DNA of 64,000 nucleotides from a virus, in IMG/VR virus record IMGVR_UViG_3300027759_000074, positions 14,364 to 78,363 of that record; one strand, written 5' to 3'. Both the position numbers and the translations under genes were made by a program. Numbering within the stretch: position 1 is the stretch's first letter; each line of letters starts with the position of its first letter. This document shows positions 8,807 through 17,781 of the stretch, in pieces. A model generated the notes under the pieces. It searched no databases and was not told where the DNA came from. It saw only the letters and a program-made list of their open reading frames with translations.

Positions 8807-10646
8807 AGTTAGCTTCGCATGCTACGGGTAATCCTTCTGCCCATTCAGGTGGTTTTGACATAACCCCCATAATAAAATCTTTAGCGTTATCTGCATCATC
8901 TTTTTTAGCTATACAAACTACGGCATCATGTACAGTTAAAACAGGTCGATACTTCTCATTAATAGTTATCATTTGCTCACCCACAATGATACGGGCTAGG
9001 GCTTGAATAACATTCTCTACTACTGAACCACCCCACACAGAGATAGTGCCACGTCTAGACTTATAAGTGAACCGACTCTTTGCTTCCGATGTATCATACG
9101 TCAGTCCGGGATATTGTATATAAAGCCCATTAGGTAATTTAATACCTCTCGATGTTACAAGTAATGCTTTATTCTTATCTAGATAGTAAGGTTCTTTTTG
9201 ATACGGCCATGAAGATATATCATGTAAGGCTTCGTCACATGTGCGCCAAAACTCAATCACTTTATTATTAACTTCGCGGTATACTCTTACTAACCTTTGG
9301 CATTCTAGGTCATCGAGCTCTGTATTCGCAGCGATCTTTAAAGTCTGTTGTAACTTCTGCCACCCTGTACCATACCCTAATCCAAGAATACAAGTTTTAC
9401 CTACAGCTCGTTCAGTCTTATCTTCCTTAGTAATAGGTCTATCATAAACTTTACTTGCAAACTCTGAATAAACATCTCGACCTTCTTTATACCATTGAAC
9501 GACATCATCTTGTCCAGCTATCCATGTAAGTACTCGAGCTTCAATTTGGGAAGAGTCACAGTTAATAACTACGTGACCACTTGGTGCTATGACTGCATTC
9601 TTTAAGGCTTTCTTTTTCTTATCTCGGCTTGGTAAGTTTTGGAAGTTAACTTTATCCGAGCCTGCCCATCGACCCGTATGTGCGCCGTAATACTTAAGAG
9701 GAATAGGCAGCTTGCCCTTATTGCGCGACCCAATTGCGATAAACCTTTCAATTCTACTCTCCTCTATGGTTGACTTAGTTCCTAATCTAACTGTACAAAG
9801 CTGTTGAATAAACGGATCTTCATGTTCCATCAAAGCTACGAACCCTTCATCTCCTTTAGCTAAAGCAAAGGTATCCTTACCTGTTGCAGGACTTATTTTA
9901 GTAGGTACAACTACCCCTAATTCTTGAAGTATCTCGGCAAATTGTTTATTAGATGCAAGCTTTGCCCTAACACATTCTTCTGTTTCGCATACAAGTTTAA
10001 CCATGAGGCCTTGTAATAGCTGTGACTTTTCTAACTTGACTTCTTCTAGTCGCTCGATCAATAGCCCATCATCAACTTCTAGGACAGGTATAGTATACAT
10101 ACGTAAGGTTAGATCAATGAGTTTTAATTCTTCTTGGGGGAACATCGGGGACAATACATGAAACAATTTATAGGTAAGTTCGACGTCGTTCTTACAATAT
10201 GAACCATAACGTTCTAGGTCATCATGGGCAAAATCTTCTCTACGTTTACCCTTGGCTTCTACTACCTCTGTACCTTTAGCGCCTAACTCATATCGTTCGA
10301 CAAGGGCGGCTAAGCTACCTCCCGCATCTACGCCATGAATGGCACGAGCCATACCAAGAGTATCAAAATATATGTGGGGGACAATGTTAAATACGAAAGA
10401 AAGGATTCCGCCATCGAATTGGGTATTGTGGCAGAGCAACATAGAATTGTCCCAATCATAGCTTTGTAACCTAGCTTTAATCTCATCATGAGTGCCTGTA
10501 TACCAATGAGTATCGCCGTCATCTATCTTTACTCCTACTCCGATAACCTCGAAGCGTGGGTCTCTAATATATTCTTCTGTTGTAAGTCCTGAGAGTGAGT
10601 AGCCTGTATCATAAAATGTTTCAAAATCAAGCGTTAGAAGTTGCAT
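8781..10646 (-). CDS. DNA polymerase family A with 3'-5' exonuclease
   Basis: ExoI DFET, ExoII HNTQFD, ExoIII YCKND; HTGRW; motif A DSSQIEAR, motif B GKTCILGLGYG, motif C TVHD. Confidence 0.95.
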   Translation of the reverse strand: MQLLTLDFETFYDTGYSLSGLTTEEYIRDPRFEVIGVGVKIDDGDTHWYTGTHDEIKARLQSYDWDNSMLLCHNTQFDGGILSFVFNIVPHIYFDTLGMARAIHGVDAGGSLAALVERYELGAKGTEVVEAKGKRREDFAHDDLERYGSYCKNDVELTYKLFHVLSPMFPQEELKLIDLTLRMYTIPVLEVDDGLLIERLEEVKLEKSQLLQGLMVKLVCETEECVRAKLASNKQFAEILQELGVVVPTKISPATGKDTFALAKGDEGFVALMEHEDPFIQQLCTVRLGTKSTIEESRIERFIAIGSRNKGKLPIPLKYYGAHTGRWAGSDKVNFQNLPSRDKKKKALKNAVIAPSGHVVINCDSSQIEARVLTWIAGQDDVVQWYKEGRDVYSEFASKVYDRPITKEDKTERAVGKTCILGLGYGTGWQKLQQTLKIAANTELDDLECQRLVRVYREVNNKVIEFWRTCDEALHDISSWPYQKEPYYLDKNKALLVTSRGIKLPNGLYIQYPGLTYDTSEAKSRFTYKSRRGTISVWGGSVVENVIQALARIIVGEQMITINEKYRPVLTVHDAVVCIAKKDDADNAKDFIMGVMSKPPEWAEGLPVACEANYGESYGDC

Positions 10647-10756
10647 ATTGTCCTTAAAATTGGTGGGTTACTTGCGGTTTATATAATTGCAAAAATACCA
10701 TTTTAAACATATAAATAAAGTGCTTTCACCCATTGCGTTTACTGCAAATTACTTAT

Positions 10757-10951
10757 TTACTTTGCGTGTCGTGCAAATTCATCTCGGCAGTCTGTTGAGC
10801 ACCACCTTCTTGTATCGGGAACGTCTTCACCACACCACGTACACTTGCCCGAAAGGTTCGGGGCCACTTTAGCTTCCGCTGCAGCGTTTTTAATTGCAAT
10901 ATCAGTGATGACTTCCATGTATTCATTGGCTCTGTCTATTTCGTCTGCCAT
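10757..10951 (-). CDS. TraR/DksA-like C4 zinc-finger protein
   Basis: N-terminal MADEIDRANE (DxxDxA) and CTWC...CSTDC. Confidence 0.65.
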   Translation of the reverse strand: MADEIDRANEYMEVITDIAIKNAAAEAKVAPNLSGKCTWCGEDVPDTRRWCSTDCRDEFARHAK

Positions 10952-11201
10952 ATTTTGTACCTAATTCTTTTCCCATAATTTGAAAATTTTGTGACCATTT
11001 ATTATTAGCGCTTCTCTTTTTGGGAAGTGTGACCTTACCCGCTTGTTCTAATCCAACTATTCTATCATAAGAGCTATTGATATTGTCTAGAAGTTTAGAC
11101 CTTGATATGTTAGGAAACTTTTCTATGCACTCATTAATTTTTACTACTAATTCTTCATCTGTTAATTTTTTGTATGCAGGTGTTACGCTCATATTAAACA
11201 T
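10923..11201 (-). CDS. Hypothetical protein
   Basis: ORF in a tightly packed minus-strand operon. Confidence 0.55.
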   Translation of the reverse strand: MFNMSVTPAYKKLTDEELVVKINECIEKFPNISRSKLLDNINSSYDRIVGLEQAGKVTLPKKRSANNKWSQNFQIMGKELGTKYGRRNRQSQ

Positions 11202-11371
11202 TCTCCGACTAATTCAAATAAATCCTCTTTAACTTGAGGTTCTTGTTCTAAGGTTATTATTGTAACATCTTTGTGTGTATCTCTATACCATTTAGCTTCA
11301 CGGCGTGACCATCTATACTTGCGGACGATCTCTCCGTCTTCAACTAAAGCGTGAGTAAAAGGTAAAGACAT
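11189..11371 (-). CDS. Hypothetical protein
   Basis: Strong SD AGGAGGAG. Confidence 0.6.
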   Translation of the reverse strand: MSLPFTHALVEDGEIVRKYRWSRREAKWYRDTHKDVTIITLEQEPQVKEDLFELVGECLI

Positions 11372-11422
11372 TTAATTACTCCTCCTATAAAACACAATGT
11401 TGTAAATACTATTATGCCGATT

Positions 11423-11431
11423 ATTATAGCA
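11423..11431 (-). promoter_or_regulatory. Extended -10 promoter (TGCTATAAT)
   Basis: Perfect TGnTATAAT in the intergenic gap upstream of 11371. Confidence 0.5.
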
Positions 11432-11438
11432 TCAAATT

Positions 11439-11654
11439 TCATTGTAGTGTAGGTTTCTCGACGGGTTCAAATGCTTGTAATGTTTCCATGAGGTCTTTGA
11501 AGTTTTCCTCTGAGCCACTAATCTCGTTAAACAAGTATAGCCTCGCATTGATGACAGCACTTAACTCTAACGGCGTTATATTATATCGTTCAACTTCGTT
11601 AATTAAAAAGTCATCTACTTTGTTACTCAATTCTGCTATCTCTAAGTCGTCCAT
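11439..11654 (-). CDS. Acidic hypothetical protein
   Basis: SD GGAGG; TAATG coupling. Confidence 0.6.
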   Translation of the reverse strand: MDDLEIAELSNKVDDFLINEVERYNITPLELSAVINARLYLFNEISGSEENFKDLMETLQAFEPVEKPTLQ

Positions 11655-11905
11655 TATAAGCCTCCTTCGGCTTCGGTTAATCGCTTACTATTATACTTTT
11701 TATTCTTTGATAAGCTGTGCGTATACTTTTGAAACTCTTTTTGTCCCATAAAATCTTCTAACACTAACTTGTATGCTTCGTTTAAATTAACTTCTTCATC
11801 AAATCCTAACGGCGCGTCTTTTAATAGAAGTTCATATTGTTCTTTTAATACTGCCACTATAATTGGTTCTGCTATTTCGTAATCAATGTCAAGCGTTATC
11901 TTCAT
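11654..11905 (-). CDS. Hypothetical protein
   Basis: SD GAGGAG; coupled ORF. Confidence 0.6.
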   Translation of the reverse strand: MKITLDIDYEIAEPIIVAVLKEQYELLLKDAPLGFDEEVNLNEAYKLVLEDFMGQKEFQKYTHSLSKNKKYNSKRLTEAEGGL

Positions 11906-12290
11906 CTTCTATCTCCTCATCTTTAGTTTTAAGATTTAATACTCGTCCGTCTTTTTTAATTCTATCTTTGAGCTTTTGTCTTAGTGAGTGTACATTCCAT
12001 TCAAGTAACCAACAGGATATATGAAGTATCGGACTATCTGACATAAACCAATCTAATGTATCAAGGGGGTATCCTTCTTTTAACTCAAAGTCAAGATCCT
12101 CTAACGCTTGGATAAATATTGCGGTAATGAGTCTACCCTCTGGCGTTCCGATTAACCCCGTTGAGTTTTGATCTAACGTTTTATCAATTGATGGTATAGC
12201 AATAACATTGTTATACTTACCTATGATGTTCATTTTAACCTCTAATAAAAAATGTGATTCTGAATTGTAACACGAGGTTTCATTTTCCAC
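11889..12290 (-). CDS. Hypothetical protein (start probably internal, MNIIGK)
   Basis: ORF track; SD GAGG before the internal ATG. Confidence 0.55.
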   Translation of the reverse strand: MENETSCYNSESHFLLEVKMNIIGKYNNVIAIPSIDKTLDQNSTGLIGTPEGRLITAIFIQALEDLDFELKEGYPLDTLDWFMSDSPILHISCWLLEWNVHSLRQKLKDRIKKDGRVLNLKTKDEEIEDEDNA

Positions 12291-12589
12291 CTAGGGTTTA
12301 CTGAAAAGTTATGGAAGTGGGTTGACCCTTTAGAATAGTCGGGCTCTAACTTATACATGACCCGCCATGCAAGTAAATAATATGGTTTGAGCTCGGCTTT
12401 CTGAGGGGGCTTTCGCTTGCCATACCAAGAAAACTGTGCTGGTCTCGCCATCTCTGAGCAAATACGCTCGGGTTTAAATTCTGCTCTACGCATCAATACG
12501 TAACCTACGGCGACCTGACCTTGATGGTTTTCGCCGCGGGCTTCCATAAAAATAGTTTGAGCTAAACAGGCTAACGCTTGATCTATCAT
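12242..12589 (-). CDS. SleB-like cell wall hydrolase (Hydrolase_2)
   Basis: CLAQTIFMEARGE, QFSW and HIFY motifs. Confidence 0.88.
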   Translation of the reverse strand: MIDQALACLAQTIFMEARGENHQGQVAVGYVLMRRAEFKPERICSEMARPAQFSWYGKRKPPQKAELKPYYLLAWRVMYKLEPDYSKGSTHFHNFSVNPRWKMKPRVTIQNHIFY

Positions 12590-12628
12590 CTAGACCTCCT
12601 TTTAAGCAACTGGCTTCAGTTATTTAAT

Positions 12629-12886
12629 TTATTTTGACTCGAGATAGTTCTTGAGTTCGTTGGCGTACCAAGCAATTTTGCCTGCGTCTTCAATGGGGTT
12701 ACCTTTGAGTCCGAGACGGCTTGAGTACTTGAGAAGATTTCCTTTGATATACCCACAATATTCTTCTGTGGATAGTTTTGCTTTAATAAAACTAATTGTT
12801 TCGATGCCACCCGTAGTATAGTGTGGCGGGCTATTTACCATATCAGGTGTACTTTTAATAGCTTCAAATTCTTCCGCTAATGTCAT
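12629..12886 (-). CDS. DUF3310-like phage protein
   Basis: DMVNSPPHY..GIETI..GN.LKY..R...K...ED..K..WY pattern. Confidence 0.8.
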   Translation of the reverse strand: MTLAEEFEAIKSTPDMVNSPPHYTTGGIETISFIKAKLSTEEYCGYIKGNLLKYSSRLGLKGNPIEDAGKIAWYANELKNYLESK

Positions 12887-13176
12887 ACTAACTCCTTTAT
12901 TGTTGTCAATAATGTGCTTATATTACTCTCATTTACCACGATTGTATATCCTCCAGCGGTTCTAATGCGTTTCATGTTGTTTTCTTGCAAAAAAGTGGGT
13001 ACATTCTTCCCCGATTTGCACTCAATACCTATAAACATACCACTATAACACGCGATAATGTCGGGTACTCCACTATGTCCATACCCTGTCATCATAGGAG
13101 AAAAGTGGTATGCTCCTAAGTCATCGAGTATCTTTTTAACTTGTTTCTTTACCTTACCTTCGGGTGTTGTTGCCAT
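12883..13176 (-). CDS. VRR-NUC nuclease (Holliday junction resolvase-like)
   Basis: TPEGKVKK, GVPDII, IECK and LQ motifs; start set at MATTPE. Confidence 0.85.
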   Translation of the reverse strand: MATTPEGKVKKQVKKILDDLGAYHFSPMMTGYGHSGVPDIIACYSGMFIGIECKSGKNVPTFLQENNMKRIRTAGGYTIVVNESNISTLLTTIKELV

Positions 13177-13291
13177 CGTTTGCCTTTTGTGTTTGCTCTG
13201 TTTGTTGTGGGGGTTCTGATTTAGGGCTTGGCATATATACACTTACCCATACCGCAACATATATAGCTGTTATCCATGCGATTGCATCCAT
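13154..13291 (-). CDS. Small membrane-anchored protein (45 aa, not in track)
   Basis: SD AAGGAG; MDAIAWITAIYVAVWVSVYMPSPKSEPPQQ... Confidence 0.45.
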   Translation of the reverse strand: MDAIAWITAIYVAVWVSVYMPSPKSEPPQQTEQTQKANDGNNTRR

Positions 13292-13301
13292 CTTCATCTC
13301 C

Positions 13302-13685
13302 TTAATCACCAAATTTTTTATAATAGACCTCGCCTTTTTTACGACGAGGTTGTTTGTCTTCGAGCTTGTGTTTAGTCACGCCCTTAATAACAAAGTCGGG
13401 CATCGGATGAAATAAATCTTGTAGAAAGCATCGCTCTATTTTGTAATAGTGCATACGTCCACTAATAATTTTACCCGATAACTGCCCCGATCTGTGCAAG
13501 AACGACATCAAGTTCGAGACACTCTTTAACTCAATGCCTAATTTATCTGATATATCTTTAGATGAATACTGTTCCTCATCTGTAAAGAACGCCAAAATAA
13601 TATCATATAGTTCAAATTGAGTTACGCTTTTCCCGTTGACTTGGTAATGCCTAACAATATCTGTCGCTCTCTTTTCTCTCATCAA
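13302..13685 (-). CDS. Winged-helix DNA-binding protein
   Basis: SSKDISDKLGIELKSVSNLMSFLHRSGQL followed by a beta wing. Confidence 0.6.
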   Translation of the reverse strand: MMREKRATDIVRHYQVNGKSVTQFELYDIILAFFTDEEQYSSKDISDKLGIELKSVSNLMSFLHRSGQLSGKIISGRMHYYKIERCFLQDLFHPMPDFVIKGVTKHKLEDKQPRRKKGEVYYKKFGD

Positions 13686-13969
13686 TGTCCTACCTTATCT
13701 AACTTAGTGAGCATATAAAGATCAGCCCAATGTAAGTCATCGTTAAGGTACTCGTCTCTATATGTAATGACGCTTGCATCATAAATACCCACAAGCTTTC
13801 GATAAACATTCTTATCTGTCGTGCCTAACTCATCACCTACTTTCTTTGCCATGAAGCTCTTACCACTATAATATAATTCGATGCGACTATCTTTGGTAGG
13901 GTTATTAGATTCAAATGCTTGATGTATCCTAGTACTAATGCGTTTAAAATCTTTATGTACATTATCCAT
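13682..13969 (-). CDS. Hypothetical protein
   Basis: SD AAGGAG. Confidence 0.6.
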   Translation of the reverse strand: MDNVHKDFKRISTRIHQAFESNNPTKDSRIELYYSGKSFMAKKVGDELGTTDKNVYRKLVGIYDASVITYRDEYLNDDLHWADLYMLTKLDKVGH

Positions 13970-13983
13970 TATATCTCCTTTAA

Positions 13984-14265
13984 TTAATCTTCACACGATC
14001 CACCGATACAAGCTCGGCTCGTGATCTCGTTTTCAAGTTCTTCCATAGCATCGCGTACAGCATACGACTCTGCATCTTCTTTAAGTCTCGCGTACGGGCT
14101 ATGATCTACTTCTTTTGACCATACTTTAATGATCATGCCTTTCTCTCTCATGTGCTCTGCAATCTGCGTTGAGATATAGTCGGTAGGTTCTACCCCCCAT
14201 GACTCGACAACTTTATACTCGTCATCATTTAATTTTAACTCTGCTACTATAATAAATTTAATCAT
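13984..14265 (-). CDS. Hypothetical protein (C-terminal CIGGSCED)
   Basis: SD GAGG; ORF track. Confidence 0.6.
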   Translation of the reverse strand: MIKFIIVAELKLNDDEYKVVESWGVEPTDYISTQIAEHMREKGMIIKVWSKEVDHSPYARLKEDAESYAVRDAMEELENEITSRACIGGSCED

Positions 14266-14274
14266 GTCCTCTCC

Positions 14275-14508
14275 TTAATGTATCCAAAAACTAATTAATA
14301 ATCCTACTACTACCCATACACCTGCTTCAATCGGATTAATACGTTTGATATGAACCCATGCGTCTGCACCTAGATGATCTTTTTTCTCAGGTATTGGAGT
14401 TCCTAATCTTTTACTAATTCTTTTCGCAGCTCTTTTTCTCATGCGTTGATAGTCGTGATTAATTTCGTTCAGCTTTCTATCAATACTTATGTTTTGTTTA
14501 AATGCCAT
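14275..14508 (-). CDS. Hypothetical protein with C-terminal TM helix
   Basis: AGVWVVVGLLISFWI; SD GGAG. Confidence 0.6.
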   Translation of the reverse strand: MAFKQNISIDRKLNEINHDYQRMRKRAAKRISKRLGTPIPEKKDHLGADAWVHIKRINPIEAGVWVVVGLLISFWIH

Positions 14509-14517
14509 ACTTATCTC

Positions 14518-14814
14518 CTAGTTTGTTGTATTAGTTTTAAGAATTGTTTCGCTAGTCTTATCTGTGCTCTGAGTTTCATTTGCGTTTGCTTTCTCCTGTT
14601 CAAATTTTCTTAATGATTCGATGTATTGATTAGTGGCAAAGTTTAAACCTCGTATTACACCAATCCTCATCGCTGTATAAAACATCTCTGCATCCTTTTC
14701 TTTTCGCTCTCGCTTATGTACGTCAACGTACTGATAGTATTCAGCTACGGCTACTTCGATAATGTCTTCTTCAAACTTTCGTTTCTTTTCTTCGTTCTTC
14801 TGATGTTGGGTCAT
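14518..14814 (-). CDS. Hypothetical protein
   Basis: SD GGAGG. Confidence 0.6.
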   Translation of the reverse strand: MTQHQKNEEKKRKFEEDIIEVAVAEYYQYVDVHKRERKEKDAEMFYTAMRIGVIRGLNFATNQYIESLRKFEQEKANANETQSTDKTSETILKTNTTN

Positions 14815-14978
14815 TCGTATATCCTCCCTACTCCTTCAAAAATTCCAACTAAATCGTTGGGTTTAAAATCGTTCTTGTTATATGAGAACGGCATCTTTTT
14901 TCCATTAGCGTGTTTAACATAGCCTGTCACTATGACTTGCTCCACGATAATCTGTTTCTGTTTCTCTTTAGTAGTCAT
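14811..14978 (-). CDS. Hypothetical protein (55 aa, not in track)
   Basis: MTTKEKQKQIIVEQVIVTGYVKHANGKKMPFSY...; ATGA overlap with the next gene; fills the gap. Confidence 0.5.
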   Translation of the reverse strand: MTTKEKQKQIIVEQVIVTGYVKHANGKKMPFSYNKNDFKPNDLVGIFEGVGRIYE

Positions 14979-15204
14979 GGCTTTTGTGTTCGTCCTCCCT
15001 TTGTTGTTTTAATAAGTATTCATCTGTTTGTGACATCGGCGCGTCGTAAACTTTGGGTGGCGTAGGTTTATGGTAGTCTTTAATTTCAAACCCTGTCATA
15101 AAATGGTTCTCACCACAACAACTCCCTTTCCACTCGGGTACGGCATCATAGCAATACACGCAATAAGTCACATCATCTTCTAAATCATCATAGTCATCAC
15201 TCAT
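14968..15204 (-). CDS. Small Cys/His zinc-binding hypothetical protein
   Basis: CVYC...CCGENH. Confidence 0.55.
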   Translation of the reverse strand: MSDDYDDLEDDVTYCVYCYDAVPEWKGSCCGENHFMTGFEIKDYHKPTPPKVYDAPMSQTDEYLLKQQREDEHKSHDY

Positions 15205-15407
15205 ACTGTTTCCTTGTCTTGTTTAACATCGCTTGATTGCTTACGCCATGCTTTAATTAACGCAAAGCGTTTAGCTTCGAGTTCTGTTCTAGGCGTCGCC
15301 CATTGGTAATAGTTATATTTAAAGTAGTCTTGTATCTTATCATTATTCGTTTTCATACACCACCCCGTCTGCATCATCAAAACGTTTGTCATCGCTTGGT
15401 TCATCAT
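15201..15407 (-). CDS. Hypothetical protein (start probably internal, MKTNN)
   Basis: ORF track; ATGA overlap. Confidence 0.45.
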   Translation of the reverse strand: MMNQAMTNVLMMQTGWCMKTNNDKIQDYFKYNYYQWATPRTELEAKRFALIKAWRKQSSDVKQDKETV

Positions 15408-15603
15408 AGTACGGCTCGATGTTTAATAGGTGACAGATGTCATTATAAGTAGCTACCCCACCGCTTGACATTCGTTGGCAGTCCCACCCTAAGTCTAAAA
15501 CTAAGTTCGTTAGCTTTTTGTCTAAGGCTTTGCTCTCATCTTTGAGCGTAGCGATTTTGTTTGTTGCATCGATGTATAGTTCGTTTAATTCGTCGTAAGT
15601 CAT
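15343..15603 (-). CDS. Acidic hypothetical protein
   Basis: SD AAGGAG. Confidence 0.6.
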   Translation of the reverse strand: MTYDELNELYIDATNKIATLKDESKALDKKLTNLVLDLGWDCQRMSSGGVATYNDICHLLNIEPYYDEPSDDKRFDDADGVVYENE

Positions 15604-15718
15604 GATGTCTCCTTATAGTCATCAACTTCAAATCTTAATAGCCGTGTACCTTCAAAAATTTCAACTATCTCAAAATCAAATCCCGCTTTAACTAATGCCT
15701 CATACAATTCTTCTGCTG

Positions 15719-15976
15719 TCATGCCACCACTCCTTTCAATGCTTGTCTAAGTTCTGCTTTTAACTCAGGTGACGTCGATGATAGTATGGGGGCTATCATA
15801 TACTTGATCGCTTTCTTAACGTCGTACTCAAACTCATGCCAGTCGCGGTCTATCGTATCATTAGTAAACTTTTTCTTTGTGTACCCTGTGCCGTCATGTA
15901 CCACAACGATTGACCACTTGCGACTACGTTGTAGTTCAAGGATAATGTTTCTGTTATGGTTTCTTAATACTCTCAT
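15719..15976 (-). CDS. Hypothetical protein
   Basis: SD AAGGAG; ATGA overlap. Confidence 0.6.
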   Translation of the reverse strand: MRVLRNHNRNIILELQRSRKWSIVVVHDGTGYTKKKFTNDTIDRDWHEFEYDVKKAIKYMIAPILSSTSPELKAELRQALKGVVA

Positions 15977-16158
15977 GCTAGTCTCCTTATAATCTCTGTG
16001 TTATCTTCGTCACAGCCCTCGTACGTTAAGTCAAGTATTGATGACGGGTTTTTCTCTAACGCTTTCTCGTATGCGTCGTCTTGATTATCAGCGTTCACTA
16101 CAACTTCGTGTGAATATAAAAATCTAAATGTATAAGTATTGTCTATCTTTGGTTTCAT
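15973..16158 (-). CDS. Hypothetical protein, first gene of the middle operon
   Basis: SD GAGGA; lies downstream of the promoter at 16206-16235. Confidence 0.6.
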   Translation of the reverse strand: MKPKIDNTYTFRFLYSHEVVVNADNQDDAYEKALEKNPSSILDLTYEGCDEDNTEIIRRLA

Positions 16159-16205
16159 ACAATCCTCGCGGTCTAAATAGTTAATAATGTTTATTACGAA
16201 TTATT

Positions 16206-16235
16206 ATTAGAGCATACTTTTTGGACTTTGTGTAA
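16206..16235 (-). promoter_or_regulatory. Promoter TTACAC-N18-TCTAAT
   Basis: Same architecture as 20501-20530 and 20873-20902. Confidence 0.45.
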
Positions 16236-16635
16236 ATTATTTTAATGTTTTTTATCATTTGTGAGACATTTTTTAAATCAAGCGACCCTCTTTGATAAGC
16301 AAAACTTATCAATCCTCACGTTAAAACTATAAAGTCTCGCGTCCTAATTATATAAACCCACTCCTATCGAGCCTACTATGCGTCTCATGGCGACCCCGTT
16401 TAAACCCCTCTCCCCAAAGTCTCGCGTTCTAACTAAGGCTCACGTCCTCTATAGCAACTGGTTTCAAAAAACTAAGGGTGGGCTTAGTTTTAGCGTGGGG
16501 GGTAGGGCGCAGCTTAAATTGAATTTGAATAACCATGTTATGAGTAGGGTTATTTATTTTGTGGTGTCCTGTGTGTCGGGTGTACCTTTCTTTTTTAGTG
16601 TGACTTGGTTGGGTTGTGGGCGTGAATAACGCCCA

Positions 16636-16661
16636 ATAAAAAGCCCCTAGAATATAGGGGC
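16636..16661 (-). terminator. Intrinsic terminator of the early operon
   Basis: Minus strand GCCCCTA-TATTC-TAGGGGC followed by TTTTTATT, 22 nt after the stop at 16684. Confidence 0.8.
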
Positions 16662-16683
16662 GTTAAGTTAAAACTTAGTCCCC

Positions 16684-17781
16684 TTAGGTGCGTTCGTGTC
16701 CGTGTTCTAGTTCGTGGTTGTAGTCGTCCCACTCATGCACGGGGTTAGGGTTTAAAGTGTTGTAGTAGGGTTCATTATAGGCGTTATATTCGGCGTCCAT
16801 TGAGTAAGCATACACGTCTAAAAGTTCGCTCACGGCGTCTGCTATGTCCTCGGGGTGCGCTGTCTTAATCCAATTTAATAAGCCCTTATAATCTTTTGAA
16901 TATAACTCATCAATGACGGGGCTTGACCCTATGCCGTAATAATCGTTAGCCCCCCACGTTGAGCCGTAGCCTTGTTTATATTCCACCTTGGTGTAGTCAC
17001 GTTCGTAAGGTAGGGTTATCTCGTCCCACTTGATCGCTAGTACCTTGTCCCGTAGTTTTAAAACGTGGTCGGTGTCTAGGGTTTCTTTGTTGCTGTGTTC
17101 TGATTGATAGCCTATCGATATGTTTAGGCACTCGCTCACTTGTTCCATGTATTGCGCCGTGTCTGTGTATAGCCCTGTGTCGTCTAGTTCGTACCCCATG
17201 CCGAGAAGCGAAGCGATAGCATTTGAGCAAGTATCACTTGACGCCCTCTCACCCATTTGGTGCGTAATTACTGACGTGGTGCCCCGTCTGTCAAAGGCTA
17301 TGGCGTGGGTAAATTGTTTTAAAAAATCTTGATAAAGTGTCGCCACTTGTTTTGACCCCCAACACCCCCGCTCCTCTCCTCTGTGGAATACATACACCCC
17401 GCCAATGTTAGCTTGTACCATTTCCAATAAAAGAAAAGCCCCTGCGCCGTCATCTGCTCCCAAACAATCGGACGCTTCACTTACAAACGCTGTCCCGAAG
17501 TCGTCACAAAATACGTCTTGTTTTATTGTGTCGGGGTTTGAGTTGTGCATGGTGTCAATATGACAGCTCCATAAAGTTGTATTCGCTGTGCTGTTCTCTT
17601 TTCTATTGTCTATATAGTAGGCTATGACCTCGCCCGTTTCGTTTTTAAGTTGTTGGACGTCCCCGCCTGATAGATAAGTTTCTATAAAATACGCTTCGCC
17701 TTTCGTGCCGTGTTGGCGTCTTATTGATAGTATTTCTAATAAGTTGTTTCTTAATATTTCGTTTTGTTTAGTTGTTTTCAT
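16684..17781 (-). CDS. M28/M20-like zinc metallo-exopeptidase
   Basis: CHIDT, LGADDGAG, GEERG, AFDR and EH ligand motifs. Start moved to ATG 17781 (SD AAGGGG). Confidence 0.82.
   Translation of the reverse strand: MKTTKQNEILRNNLLEILSIRRQHGTKGEAYFIETYLSGGDVQQLKNETGEVIAYYIDNRKENSTANTTLWSCHIDTMHNSNPDTIKQDVFCDDFGTAFVSEASDCLGADDGAGAFLLLEMVQANIGGVYVFHRGEERGCWGSKQVATLYQDFLKQFTHAIAFDRRGTTSVITHQMGERASSDTCSNAIASLLGMGYELDDTGLYTDTAQYMEQVSECLNISIGYQSEHSNKETLDTDHVLKLRDKVLAIKWDEITLPYERDYTKVEYKQGYGSTWGANDYYGIGSSPVIDELYSKDYKGLLNWIKTAHPEDIADAVSELLDVYAYSMDAEYNAYNEPYYNTLNPNPVHEWDDYNHELEHGHERT

Noticed and set aside
16378-16629. 83-aa plus-strand ORF in the spacer
   Set aside because: No SD, opposite to all neighbours, and overlaps hairpins and repeats.
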